64,000 bases of DNA from Eledone cirrhosa (taxonomy: Eukaryota), in contig OZ024744.1 of the NCBI GenBank assembly GCA_964016885.1, positions 81,840,001 to 81,904,000 on the forward strand. Reading direction: 5' to 3'. Shown here in pieces: positions 13,636 to 26,844 of this stretch (position 1 is its first letter; each line of letters begins with the position of its first letter). The notes under the pieces are model-generated. The model saw only the letters and a list, made by a program, of their open reading frames with translations. It did no database searches and had not been told where the DNA came from. Position numbers and translations under genes: made by a program.

Positions 13636-14610
13636 CTTCCCTATTTCACTATACACAACAATCCTGTATTCAGAGAACGTGAGGCCGCCTGTGAGACGTG
13701 GGGACCGGCTGAGACTTAGCCCAGTAGACGCCCCTCCTCCTTCTCCCCCTATTGACGTCAAGATCCCCAAAGCACTTACGTTGCCATCCAGTGCAGCCTG
13801 GCCTCAGACGGACTCTCTCGCCAGCTTGACCAGCACCGCCTTGCTTGTTTTCATGCGGCCTCCAAACCCCACACTGGTGCCTGGCTCCACGCCCTTCCCT
13901 CCTTCTCCACTGGTACGCAGCTAGACAAACATAGCCTGCGCATCGGCGTTTCCCTGAGGCTCGCCCTCCGGATCTGCCAGCCACACCAATGTCGCTGTGG
14001 TTCCACAGTGGACTCTTTCGGCCTCCACCCGCATTCCTGTCGCTACAGTGCTGGCCGCATTCCACGCCATGCTGCCCTCAACGAGGTCATTAAGCGTGGC
14101 TTGGACGCAGCAGTCTTCTATTCCCAGCTCGAGCCGGTGGGGCTGGATCAATGGGACGGTAAAAGACCAGATGGTATGACCATCTTCCCGTTCAGCGGTG
14201 ACAAACCCCCTCGTCTGCGCTGCCACTTGCACCGACACTTTCTGCAGCCGCAACCTGGTGCCGTCTGCGACTGACCCAGATTCTGGTGCACGTCGGGCTG
14301 AGAGGGCCAAACTCAATAAATACCGGTCGCTCTCCGACAGGTTTGCGGTCGTACCCCTGGCAGTGGAGACTTTGGGTGTCCTAGGCCCCAGGGCTACCTC
14401 CTTACTCACCACAATAGGCGCTGAGCTGGCCAGCTGCAGGTGTGAGCCCCGCGAGTTGGAGTGGCTCTTTCAGCGCGTCTCTCTCGCCGTCTTTCGGGGA
14501 AACGTCTTCTCGATTCTGTCAGCCGGGGCTGTGGGTGGGCCCCATCGCGTACCGCTGTAGTTGTTGTAGAAGAAACGGGTTCCACTTGTATATTGTATAT
14601 ATATTTTTTT
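13636..14610 (+). mobile_element. CRE-clade non-LTR retrotransposon 3' fragment (restriction-like endonuclease)
   Basis: GRIPRHAALNEVIKRGL, DGKRPDGMTIFPF, ATCTDT, KLNKYRSL, PLAVETLG, FQRVSLAVFRGN. Confidence 0.8.
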
Positions 14611-14813
14611 AATTACCCCACAGAAGGTTAATACTTTGAAAGCAATTTTTTTTGGAGCGAAAAAATATGTATTTTGTCGAATTGCTGATTTGATTTAAAA
14701 ATTGTTTTTGTCTTTTAAAGAATTTCAATAAATATTACAATTACTAGCAGAAAAACCGCCCAGAGGCGGTTTTCTGCTAGCATATTTAGTGTGCATATTG
14801 GTATTATACGCAA

Positions 14814-14845
<32 letters not shown>

Positions 14846-14924
14846 AAATTGAAAAGTAAATTGACAATATCTTCTTATTTCTGAGAGGGTCGTGGGGGCA
14901 GTCCTTCTCAAACAACTCCTTCCA

Positions 14925-15500
14925 GCGAGTCTGTCAGACGCAAACCTCTCTAACTGATCCAGCTGGATCCCAAAGCGTGACCAGCCAAGCTCATGGATGT
15001 TATCCAACTATCTTGCTCAGGGTCTACCTCTGGGTCTCTTGCCGGCGGGTTTTGCCTGTAAAATGTGTCCAGCGATCTTCTTTACTGAGACATTCTAACC
15101 ACATGCTCATAATATCGGAGTTCTGATCTCTCAATTCGGAGAAGTAGCGGTTCTACCAGGAGTGACTCTCTGGTCTCTGAGCTATGCACTCTATCGAGTA
15201 ACGTTACTCCAAAGACCCTTCGGAGGAATCCCATTTCTGCCGCTTTTATTTGCAATTGTATTCTTTTGGTCATTACTCAAGATTCATCGGTAAGAGTTGG
15301 CAGGAAGACCAGGAAGACAGCGAGTTTGGCTTTTAAACCTACCCCCTTCTTCTGATTGCTGAATGCTGGGGCTGGCGCATTACTGCATCAGCTTTTGCAA
15401 TTCTTGCACTTAATTCAGCCTCCTGCATTCCATCACTCATGAACACGGCTCCAAGATTCTTGAACTTCTCTAACTACTTCAGTAGAACACCATTCACATG
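14925..15500 (-). mobile_element. RTE-clade LINE C-terminal fragment
   Basis: QIKAAEMGFLRRVFGVTLLDRVHSSETRESL...LRYYEHVVRM. Confidence 0.75.
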
Positions 15501-15599
15501 TATATAAATTTGAGGGACTTCTGTCCACCAGTCCATCACAGAATGTGTATGTGTGTTTGTGTGAATGTATCTGTAAAAGGGAGGAAAGGGATACACACA

Positions 15600-16375
15600 C
15601 ATGTCTCTAATTTAAGAACACCGTCAAACTCGTGAGTGCACATACACAGTCCTATTACCACTCAAGGGTTTTGGCCCGGGCAAACATCCCCTCAATTTTG
15701 GAACCGTCTGGGTTGTCCAGAATTGATGGTAAAAGACTTGAAGGTGTTACTCCTTGCTCCTGGTCATGAGGCAGGTGCCTTACCTGGGACGTCACGGTTA
15801 GTGACTCTTTTTCTTCTTCCCACATCCTGGATGCAGTAGTTAGGGCGAGAACTACAGCATCCGCAACTGAACGGAACAAAATCCTAAAATACCGTGTTGT
15901 CAGCTAACTACATTATCCAGCTTGTGGCGTTCGAGACGTTTGGGGTGATTCGGGCTAAAGACAGCCAGGTTCTTATCTTCACTGGCGGCTCGCCAAAGAG
16001 AGGTAACTGGTGATGCCCGTGAGGGCATTTGATTGTTCCAGCACCTCAGCCTCGCCATCACTCCAGGTAACGCTGCAACCGTGCTGGCTTGCCTCAAAAA
16101 TTATTAGTGGTTACCCAGTGCTCCTGGCTATATTGCTATCTTTTGCTCTGGAAGCGTCTCTCTTTTTCCCCCCACTCTTTCGCCTGCATATTGTTCTATG
16201 GGGTCTAAGATGTGGGTATTACGTGCTTGTGTATTTTTTCTTTCTTATTTCCTTTCCCTTTCCTTTGTATATATTATATCTGTTAGTGTTTTCGTTCTGT
16301 AATCATTATATAAAATTTTTATACAAATTAGTTTTTTAAAAAAGAGTTAAACTGTGTTAATTAAATAAAACGTTA
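15600..16375 (+). mobile_element. Second CRE-clade 3' fragment (decayed)
   Basis: Across frameshifts: LEPSGLSRIDGKRLEG...LTWDVTVSD...ERNKILKY...VAFETFG...LFQHLSLAITPGN; AATAAA at about 16364. Confidence 0.75.
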
Positions 16376-16494
16376 TACTTGTTTTTACCCGCCCATTTCC
16401 AATTCACTGAACGCTGCTATGATGACTGTATGTGTGTGTTTGTGTAAATGCATGTGTGAATGTGTGTTTGAGTAAATATATATGTGTGATAGTA

Positions 16495-19400
16495 TGAAAC
16501 AGTGAACAAAGAACAAGATTTTATAAATCTTGACATCTCCAATGCAAGAGATATGGTCCAGCAAGGGAGAACATTTGTAACTTTCGACGAGAAGGGTGTG
16601 TTTAGAATTAACTCACCCCTTGAAATAAAAGAAGACACAGTGCGAAAGACAGTGATCTTTAGGACTGTGTCCAATACCACGAGAAAGCCGATGTTTATTA
16701 GTCAAGGAGATATAGAAAATACCTTGAAAGAAATTCTAGCAAATATCGAATTTCTCCAGCGAAGAAAACAGTACGGAAGTGTTTCCGTACTATTTAAAAG
16801 CGAAGCACTCGCCCCAAAACATTCTGTGACACCAATAGTGTCAAAAGCATTCACCCTTTTCCCTACATACATGGGAAAAAGGACACAAAAAATAAAAATA
16901 AAAAATATACCACCAAACATTAACATCTGGTGGATCTTAGCTGGCTTCGTAGAGCCAGAGACTGATATGATTCTTTCGATACGAAAGTCTATTCGACAAA
17001 GGTAGACGGGTACTGATTTGGAGATTCTGTTGTAAATACACACACCGAAACACAACCACCACACAATATACCCCTACCCCACACCCCTGACGATGATTAT
17101 TCATCGACGGATGAAGTTGCTCTCCTTCTCTAAGTGAAGAGGGAGACGCGCGGAAATCTAAAAAAAACAAAAAAAGAGACACTACAAAACCCCCAAAACT
17201 CCAATCACCAACACCAACACCAACACACAACCACAGACACAAACAACAACACAAACAACACCACAGTCTAGCATCCAACACCCCATCCAGCACCCAAATG
17301 AAGATTGAACAACCCGATCTCCAGGAAACGAAAAGGTAAGTGCACCTTTCGTCCTTTTTCTCCAACTCTTCTTCACAAACATGGCTAGTTTACGAGTTGG
17401 AAGCGTGAATGTGCGTGGCCTAGGGATGCCCTGGAAACAGGGCCAACTTTTAAACGACCTTAGTTCACACGGTATGGATGTGATAGCCATCACCGAGTCC
17501 AGGATCCACAACAAGCAGCAACTAACCCCCATCTTCAACGACTTTGAGATCTACGCATCTCTCTGTTAGCCAGGAGGTGGAGGGGGAGTGGCTGTCATGT
17601 TTCGGATGAACCTGGACCTCGAAGTACAGCAAGTACACTTGGACCCGGAGGGTAGACTGGTAGTCCTAGACGTGAACAGTATTGAGGGTGGAGCCTTCAG
17701 ACTGGTGGCCGTATAGTCTCCGACCGGGCAATCGCAATCACGGCCAGACTTCTTTAAGCGTCTAGAGTCTTTTCTGGGAACGTCTCGCTCCTTACTTTTA
17801 GTTGGGGACTGGAATGGTATCCTAGATGCACGATGGGACTATTTGGGAGCATGTCCCAGTAGAGGGGGGCGGGGTGCAACAGCCTCAAAACTTTAACCGG
17901 CGAATTCCACCTGGCCGATAGGTATTGACTGGATTTCCGACTGAACCACAGTGGACGTGGGCAAACCGCAGTGGGACATCTAGATCGTATTTAGACAGGT
18001 TCTTCATTAGAGAAAGGGACAAGGAGATGTTAAGCTGTCCACGAATGCACATGGTTGCCTATTCAGATTCACAAATTAGTCGTCTGCATAGTCAACCGTT
18101 GCAGGACACATAGAGATGGACCCGGATATTGGAAGCTGAACGTGTCGTTGCCGGCACGTAAAGCTTATAGTGAACGGATAAGTAGACTAGTCAAGCAACA
18201 GTTAACGGGAGTCATTGTCAACAATAGATGGCGGTACTCTCTCAAGAAAGCAATTAAAGTAGAATCGATAGGGTTTAGCAGAGAGTTAGCCTTAGAGAAA
18301 AACAAAATAGAAAGAGAACTAGTAGCCAAGGTAGATGAGGCACTTAGAAGTGGCAACGCGGCTAGAGTGTTAGCGTCGAGAACGGCACTGGACCAGTTCT
18401 TCGATGCGAAACACGAAGGCTGCGTGGTCAGAAGAAAAACACGTGCTCTAGGAAACGAAGGAGCGAAAGCTGTCAGCTGGCCCCGAGTGGAGGAGGCAAA
18501 AAGTGGCAACAAGTCCACGATTCGGTCTTTGAAAGACCAAAACAGACGCGTGCTACTTGACCCCAAACAAATGTGCGTGGCCTTTCAGCAGCACTTTGCG
18601 CGACTGTTTGAGCAGAACGACGGTGAGCCGAACGGGGTAATGGACTTTAGTTCATACCTCGACGGCGTCCTCGAAGCCGTCTACTGCAATTGGCAGCAGA
18701 ACGGGAGAATTCCCAGTTCTGCAGGCAAGTGCGTAGTAACGCTGATCAGGAAAGACGAGAACAAGGGGACGAATTAACAACTTCAGGCCCATAACTCTGC
18801 TCAACACAGAGTTAAAGATTTTGGCCAAGGTGCTAGCGACGAGGTTGGCGCTTGTCATCGAGAACCTGGTAGGAAAAGCGCAAACGTGTGCAATCCCGAC
18901 CAGGTCCATACACGACAACCTCCACCTCATGCGATACATCATAGAGAAGGTGGGTAGTAAACTCGGCTTCGGTGGGGCTCTGATCAATTTGGATCAGTCT
19001 AAGGCGTTCGATAGGCTCGACCATCGATACTTGAAAGCGGTTCTCAAGGCGGCTGGTTTTGGTCCCGTTTTCAGAGGCTGGATCGAAGCGATGCACACCA
19101 GCATCTGCTCGAGGGTCAAGGTGAACGGCTACCTATCGGAGCCGTTCGCAATCACGTGTTCCATTCGACAGGGGTTCCCTCTCTCCTCCATTCTGTATGA
19201 ATTGACTCTAGAGCCACTACTGCGGAAATTGGAGCTGTTGCAGGGCAACCCTCTAGAACCGGGACTGCGCAAAGCGGCGTTGGCGTATGCCGACGACGTG
19301 ACGGTAATGGTGTCGAGTACCTCGGAAATCGGGGTGATCGGCAACTTACTGAAAGAATACAAAACGCTGACGGGAGCAAAACTAAACCCGGACAAGTCTG

Positions 19401-20865
19401 TCAGTTTGCAACTCTGTACGTGGAGAGGCAAACCGATGACATCCGACAGCGTCGTTGGACGCTGGCCGGATGGACCGTGGAAATTACTCGGGGTCTGGTT
19501 CGGTTCAGACCTCCAGGTGGAGAAAAACTGGAACGAGGTAACGGCCAAGGTGTTTGCGCTCACCCAGAAGTGGGCAGAGTGCAAACTGTCCTTAAAAGGC
19601 CGAGCGGACGTGGCGAACACTTTCATAGCGTCCGTCATCTACTACCGCTTGACTGCCAAGATGGAACGCATGCTCTTCCAGTTTTTGTGGAAGAAGCAGG
19701 CTCCGCTGGTGAGGGGATCCGTCTGCTCTCAGCACCCTGCCAACGGAGGGCTGGGAATGCCGTGGCTGATGATGCGCAAACATGCGCTGAGGCTGCGGCA
19801 TCTCCAGCTATTCCTCACCGGCCCCAACCGGTTTGGCCACTGTTTGTGAGACAGGCTTTCCCACAGCGTGTCTCACTGACGGAGCTGCATTCCTGGGTGA
19901 AGAAAAGACCGAAAACGATGGGAGCCTGGCACATTGAATGCGCTCAGCCGCTCACAGTCCTCTGGCAAGCGGGAACAGCAATCAGTGGAGACTCCACTTC
20001 GACATTCTATAGAGGGATTGTACGTTATAAGGGCTACGACGTGCTCCGAGAGACTCTGGGCGTCGAAGACGATGAGGTCACCAGTCTGTTCGGTAGGACT
20101 TTCCGACCGGGACCTATGGACAACTTCCAGAGGTCCCTGGCCTGGCAATGCTATCGAGGAGCTCTACCGGTTCGTGACAAGATCTACAGGCACGGACGCC
20201 CCGGCAGGGATCCTTCCAAGAGGACGTGTCCAAGATGCGCGCAGGATATTGAAACCGTCCTGCACGTAATTGTACACTGCCCGGGGGTAACCGACCTGTG
20301 GAACTATGCAGAACAACTGCTGTCGCGTATGGGACAAATCCAGTTGACTGCCGAGTCCATAGTAAGGATCAAACCGCCAGCCTTTTTCAAAAACGAAAGA
20401 TGGACGGTTTTCCTCTGTACAGTGGCTATGGTGAAAGAAGTAATATGGTGGACGAAATTGAGAGGACAGAGGACAAATGCCTTTCTCTCCGGACAACAAT
20501 TGATTCCCTTCTTTAAGTATCACTTTAGAAGGAGAATCAGAGTGGAGAGAGAGGCACTGCACCCCAGTAAATTTACTGAAATGTGGGTGAATGAATAAAA
20601 AATGATTGGGCCTTCTCTGTTAATAAGCCTGTAGGTTAAATAAGAGAGCAAAAGCAAGAAAGGAGCACTTGCATAACACGCTCCTGGAGTTGAGGGTTGT
20701 TCTATCGACGTGATATTAAACAACCCATTTGTGGCGCTTTCCCCCTATTGGGATTTCGATTGTTGTAATTGTTTGTTTTTTATTTTTTAAATGACTGTAT
20801 GTAAAATCCCCGGTATGTCTTTGTATTGTCCCCTTTTCTTGTGCGCCCTTGTGGCAAATAAAGAA

Positions 20866-20938
<73 letters not shown>
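16495..20938 (+). mobile_element. Tx1-type LINE copy B (5'-truncated, internal deletions) with AATAAA and (CTAT)n tail
   Basis: ORF1 remnant, APE, RT with YADD, CPRC..H...HC zinc finger; tail about 20866-20938. Confidence 0.92.
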
Positions 20939-20939
<1 letters not shown>

Positions 20940-23900
20940 GCCCTGGAAACAGGGCAAACTTTTAAACGACCTCAGGTCGCATAGTATGGGTGTAGTAGCC
21001 ATTTGCGAGTCCAGGATCCACAGCGAGCGACAACTGGCCCCCATTTTCGACGACTCTGAGATCTACGCATCTCTCTGTCAGCCGGGAGGTGCGGGTGGGG
21101 TTGCCGTTTTGCTGCGGAAACACCTGGACCTCGTAACACAGACGGTACATCTGGAACGGGGGGGGGGGGGTTAGACTGGTTGTCCTATACGTTGTCGGTA
21201 GTGAAGGTGGAGCCTTCAGGCTGGTGGCCGCATATGCCCCATCCGGGACACCGCGCCCAGACTTCTTCAAACGTCTAGAGAATTTTCTGGGAACATCCCG
21301 CTCCCTGCTGTTAATGGGGGTCTGAAATGGAATGCTAGATGCACGTTGGGACTATGTGAGAGCATGTCCCGATAGAAGGGAGTTTAACAGCCTGAAACAG
21401 TTAATCGGCCGATTTGACCTGGCCGATAGATATCGACTAGATTTTCCGACTGTGCCACTGTGGAAGTGGACTAATCGTAGCGGACCATCTAGATCGTACC
21501 TAGATAGGGACACGTTAAGCTGTCCACAAATGTTCATGGTTGCCTATTCAGATCACAAACTAGTGACCTGCATGGTCAACCTTGATAGAACCCATAGACA
21601 AGGACCCGGCCACTGGAAGCTGAAATTATCGTTACCGACATGCAAAGCCTACAGTAGACGGATTAGCACTCTAGTTAAACAGCACTTGACAGGGGCCATT
21701 TCAACAACAGATGGTGGTACTCTCTCAAGAGGGCAGTTAGATTAGACTCGTTAGTTTTTAGTAAAGAATTAGCGGTAGATAGAAATAAGACCGAGAAGGA
21801 ACTGGTGGATAAAGTAGAAGAGGCAATTAGAAGTGGCAACGTAGCCAGAGTGCTAGCCACGAGAACGGCCTTGGACCAGTTCTTCGACGCAAAGCACGAG
21901 GGCTGCGTTGTCAGAAGCAAAATACGTGTTCTGGGTAACGAGGGAGCCAAAGCTGTTAGCTGGGCCCGAGTGACGGGTGCGAAAAGTGGGAACAAGTCCA
22001 CGATTCGGTCTTTGAAGGACCAAGACGGACGCGTGATACGTGAGCCGAAGCAGATGTGCGCGGCCTTTCAGCGGCACTTTGCTCAACTGTTCGGGCAGGG
22101 CGGCGCGCGGGAAGGGGCTATGGATTTCGGTTCATACCACGACGGCCTACCGCGACTCTCGGACAGCGAGGCGAAATTCTGCGAAAGGCCGATTTCGGCC
22201 GCTGAGATAAGGGACGCGCTGAGCCAATGCGGCAAACGCAAATCTCCAGGTCTCGACGGTCTACCCTACGAATTTTACGTAGCAATGTCGGACTTGTTCT
22301 CCGGTCTCCTGGAAGCGGTCTACTGCAACTAGCAGCAGAACGGGAGAATTCTCAGTTCTGTGACCAAGGGCGTAGTCACGTTAGTCAAGAAGGACGAGAA
22401 TAAGGTGGATGACATAGGTAACTTCCGGCCCATAACTCTACTAAACACAGAGTTACAGATTTTCGCCAAGGTGTTGGCAAGGAGGCTGCCGCTTGTCGTC
22501 GAAAACCTGGTGGGAGAAGCGCAGACATGCGCAATCCCGACCAGGTTCATACAGGACAACCTCCACCTCATGCGATACATCATAGAGAGGGTAAGGCGTA
22601 AATCCGGCTTCCGTGGGGCCTTGATCAACTTGGATCAGTATAAGGCTTTCGATAGGGTTGACCATCGTTACCTGGATGCGGTGCTCGAGGCTTCGGACCC
22701 GTGTTCAGGGGCCGGATTGCTGCAATGCACAGCAGCAACATCTGCTCAAGGGTCAAGGTGAACGGCTACCTCTCGGAGCCGTCCCATATTACGCGATCCA
22801 TCCGACAGGGATGCCCTCTCTCCTCCATTCTGTACGTACTGACTCTCGAACCACTACTGCGGAAGTTGGAGCTATTGCAGGGCATGCCTTTGGGACCGGG
22901 ACTGCGAAAAGCGGCATCGGCATACGCCGACGACTCGACAGTAATGGTGTCGAGCACCTCGCAAATCGGGGAGGACGGCACCTTACTGAAGGAATACGAA
23001 AAGTTCACAGGAGCGAATCTGAACCGGGATAAATCCGTCGGTTTGCAACTCGGAACGTGGAGAGGCAAACCGATGCCTTACGATGGCGTCGTCGGACGCT
23101 GGACGGAAGGACCGGTAAAGCTGGTCGGAGTCTGGTTTGGTCCGGACCCCCAGGTGGAGAAGAACTGGAACGAGGTGACGGCCAAGGCATTTGCGCTCAC
23201 CCAGAAGTAGGCCGAGTGCAAACTATCCTTGAAAGGTCGAGCGGAGGTGGCGAACACTTTTATAGCGTCAGTCATCTACTATCGCTTGACCGTCGTGCCT
23301 TGTCCAGCCAAAACGCTCACCAAAATGGAACGCGCGCTCTTCCAATTACTTTGGAAGAAACGGGCTCCTTTGGTGAGAAGATCCATCTGTTGCCAACACC
23401 CTTCAAACGGAGGGCTGGGGATGCCGTGGCTGACGATGCGCAAACACGCGCTCAGGCTGCGGCACCTCCACGTATTCCTCACCGGACAACCGGTGTGGGA
23501 CCCGTTCGTGAGGCGAGCCTTCCTACGACTCGTCTCGCTGACCGAGCTGCAGTCCTGGGTCAAGCAAAGACTGAGGAAAATGGGCACATCGATTGTGCTC
23601 AGGCGCTCACAGTCCTCTGGCAAACGGACCCGGCGATCAGTGGAGACTCCACTTCGACATTCTATAGAGGGTTGGTCCGCAGCAAGTGCGACGACGCGCT
23701 CGGAGAAACTCTAGGCGTAGAGGAGGACGAACTGGCCAGTCTGTTCGGTAGGACCTTCCGCCCGTGACCAATGGACAACTTCCAAAAGTCCCTGGCCTGG
23801 CAGTGCTACCAAGGAGCTCTACCAGTTCGAGACAAGCTCTACAGATACGGGCGCACGGGCAGGGACCCTTCGAAAGAGATCTGTCCGAGATGCGTGCGCG

Positions 23901-24572
23901 ACGAGGAAACCGTCGCGCACGTATTTGTACACTGCCCGGGCGTTCCCGACCTGTGGGGCTATGTAGAACGACTATTGTCGCGGGTGGGACCAATCCAGTT
24001 GATTACCGAGTCCATTGTCATGATTAAACCGCCACCCTCCTCAAAAACGAGGGAGAGGCGGTTTCCTATGTGTTATGGCTATGGTGAAAGAGGTTATATG
24101 GTGGACGAGGTTAAAAGGGCTGAGGTCAGATACCTTTCTCTCCGGCGAGCAACTGATTCGTTTTTTCAAATATCATTTTGGAAGAAGAATCAGGATGGAG
24201 AGAGAGGTGCTGTACCCCAGCAAATTTTATAAAAGGTGGGTGGATGTGGCAAAGATGGCCCCAGTGGTTGGGCCTTCTCTCTATATAAGCCTTTAGGTTG
24301 AGGAAAAAGAGGAAGAGAGGAAGCTAATACTCACTCTTGGTGCTCCTGGAGATGAGGGTTGTACATTTTTTCGGGATGTGTACAACCTCTATGTAACGCC
24401 TCCCCTATTGGGGATTTAAATTGTTATTTATTGTTTTGTACTGGATAATTGCTGGCCTTGTGCCTAAAGTAGAAACAGTTATTTTATTAATAGTTTTATT
24501 TTCATATACCTGTATGTAAACTCCCCATTTGTATTTGTCCCCTTCTTTTGTGCCTTTGTGGCTAATAAAGAA

Positions 24573-24639
<67 letters not shown>

Positions 24640-24640
24640 C

Positions 24641-24672
<32 letters not shown>

Positions 24673-24679
24673 CTCTATC
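20939..24679 (+). mobile_element. Tx1-type LINE copy C (5'-truncated near ORF2 start) with (CTAT)n tail
   Basis: Begins directly in the tail of copy B (..CTATCTATGCCCTGG); APE, RT and zinc finger with frameshifts; SINE fragment in 3'UTR at about 24438-24488. Confidence 0.92.
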
Positions 24680-25002
24680 AGTCGTGTGTCACTTCGCGGA
24701 GAAGTTTCCGTTAATTTATGTAAGGAAAAAACGTGAGTTTTTAGTTCAATTTTATATCATTGTGTAACTTGACCACCCGTCTGGACCTTCAGGTGGTGGG
24801 TCAACTCATTTTCGCCCCTTCAGGGGCGGAATATCCATTAAAAAAATTTTTCTCCATCGAATCTTGGAAAAAATATTGTAAAATTTTGATTACGTTATGA
24901 ACGCTGCGTCCAACGATAATGGTGGTGGAGAGGCGGTAAGACTACAAAGCTCGCAGTCAACAACGTCTTCTTCACTAGATACTATAGAGATGGAAAGACA
25001 AA

Positions 25003-26811
25003 ATGAAAATAAAAAAAACGAATTCACATCCAAACAACACAAATGACACCAAACAGCTCAATGACAACAAAAATAACAGCAAAACCAATAATGATGATAA
25101 AAGCAATAATGATAACAACAACAAAGAAAAAAATAAAGACAACGCCAATAACACCAGCATCAAAGACAACAACAACACCAAGGAAAATACGGATGATACC
25201 AACATCGGTGACAACAAGAATAACAACAAGAATAACAACAATAATGACAACACCACCAATACGGATTCCACAAAGAAACCAAAAATCTCCTTTGCGGAGA
25301 AAGTTCAAAAGAAAGAACAATTGATATATCTCGACATAACAAATGCTGAACACCTTTTAAAGGACGCTAAGAGATATGTCACCTTCGAAAAAAATGGTGC
25401 TTTCAGCATCAATTCTCCGGTAGAAATTCGCAAGGAAACTGCTCTCAAAACGATAGTTTTTAGGACAGTTTCCAATTCTACCCGAAAACCAGTCCAATTG
25501 TCACAGAAAGATATTGAACTGGTTTTCAAAGATTCAATGAATGATATTGCATTCATTCAAAGAAGCAAACTTTTTGGGAGTATTTCGGTACTGATGAAGG
25601 ATCAATTGACGGCCCAAAATTACTCTGTGTCGCCAATTGTATCCAACCTGTACACCTTTTTCCCTACATACATGGGAAAAAAGACACAAAAGATCAGAAT
25701 CACAAGTGTCACACCAAAGGTGAACATATGGTGGATACTGTGCGGCTTCATCAATTTTGATGAAGACAGAATACTGTCAGTAGGAAAGTCCCCCAGAGAT
25801 GTATTCAATGGGACTAGCTTTGAAGTTCTGGTGCAAATGAGCCCAGAGCGAATAGCTATGATCCCACAGCGTGTACTCCTGGACGGACTTACCTACATAA
25901 ACCTTTCGGTTGAGGGTAGGAGGCCTTCATGTTACCATTGCTTTAGCAGGGGTCACCTGAGGGCTTCCTGTCCTAAACTAATGAACCAAAAAAAGGCTCT
26001 TCTGCCGACACCCATCAAAACAACACAACCACCAACACCACCACAACAACAACACCAACACACAAAAATAACCACAACAAACACAGTCCCACCCAACCCC
26101 ACTCCACCTAAAACCACTGCAAAATCACATACAGACACAACAGCTCCCCAAGACATACCCCTCCCCAATCACACAGACGATACAACAGATGAGGCTATCT
26201 CGCCATCACCCAGTGAAGACGAGGGAGAACCCCATCGCTCGAAAAGAAAGAAAAGACATCACAAAAGCAAAAAACCAGCAAACACTACCACAAACATACA
26301 ACCACCAACACAAACAACAAAAATATCACAAACAAAACCCCCACCTCCTGAAAACAAAATACCTACAACAAAACGAAAGCACACACAAGAACTACAGACA
26401 AAAACAAACACAACACAAGAAAATTACACTTACACTTACATAAACACTGAAAACAAAACACTAATGGAGACCATCACGAACGACCCTTCGGTTTTCACCG
26501 AAGGGAAAACTTTCGCCCACTCTATAAAAAATAGCAAAAAACTGAACCTAAAACTGATTAGGGTCCCTATACAAACTTATAGGTCCCTAAAAGAAACATT
26601 TGAGAAGGATGTGGGGAATTCCTGCGTGAAACCACTCAACCGCGTCCTTCTCAAATGCCTCCCCACCTCAGACACCCCCATTCCACCAGACCCCACCCCA
26701 CCAAACATCTGCGTCCCCACCCCGCCGGAAACCGCCACCCATCCAGACAACCCCTCCAACACCCCCATGGAAATCGTGCGGCCTGGTCCCCAGGAGGCGA
26801 AGGGTGAGTGA
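25003..26811 (+). CDS. LINE ORF1p (CCHC zinc-knuckle nucleic-acid-binding protein); true start probably ATG 24897 with a 1-nt indel in an A run
   Basis: 602-aa ORF; CYHCFSRGHLRASC (CX2CX4HX4C); N-rich and T/P/Q-rich low-complexity tracts; homologs in copies A, B and E. Confidence 0.88.
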   Translation: MKIKKTNSHPNNTNDTKQLNDNKNNSKTNNDDKSNNDNNNKEKNKDNANNTSIKDNNNTKENTDDTNIGDNKNNNKNNNNNDNTTNTDSTKKPKISFAEKVQKKEQLIYLDITNAEHLLKDAKRYVTFEKNGAFSINSPVEIRKETALKTIVFRTVSNSTRKPVQLSQKDIELVFKDSMNDIAFIQRSKLFGSISVLMKDQLTAQNYSVSPIVSNLYTFFPTYMGKKTQKIRITSVTPKVNIWWILCGFINFDEDRILSVGKSPRDVFNGTSFEVLVQMSPERIAMIPQRVLLDGLTYINLSVEGRRPSCYHCFSRGHLRASCPKLMNQKKALLPTPIKTTQPPTPPQQQHQHTKITTTNTVPPNPTPPKTTAKSHTDTTAPQDIPLPNHTDDTTDEAISPSPSEDEGEPHRSKRKKRHHKSKKPANTTTNIQPPTQTTKISQTKPPPPENKIPTTKRKHTQELQTKTNTTQENYTYTYINTENKTLMETITNDPSVFTEGKTFAHSIKNSKKLNLKLIRVPIQTYRSLKETFEKDVGNSCVKPLNRVLLKCLPTSDTPIPPDPTPPNICVPTPPETATHPDNPSNTPMEIVRPGPQEAKGE

Positions 26812-26844
26812 TCTCTTTTCCTCTTTTAACTTTTCAGCACCAAC

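Noticed and set aside
14744-14780. CTAGCAGAAAAACCGCC-CAGA-GGCGGTTTTCTGCTAG terminator-like hairpin
   Set aside because: Eukaryotic context; probably a small transposon end remnant that I cannot assign
19420-19849. Alternative-frame and antisense ORFs repeated across Tx1 copies (e.g. MERQTD..., MTDAMKV...)
   Set aside because: Explained by homology to ORF2, GC-rich codons and frameshifts
26804-26837. 34-nt mini-intron fusing ORF1 to ORF2 in copy D
   Set aside because: The product is out of frame, the intron is very short, and A, B and E lack the AG
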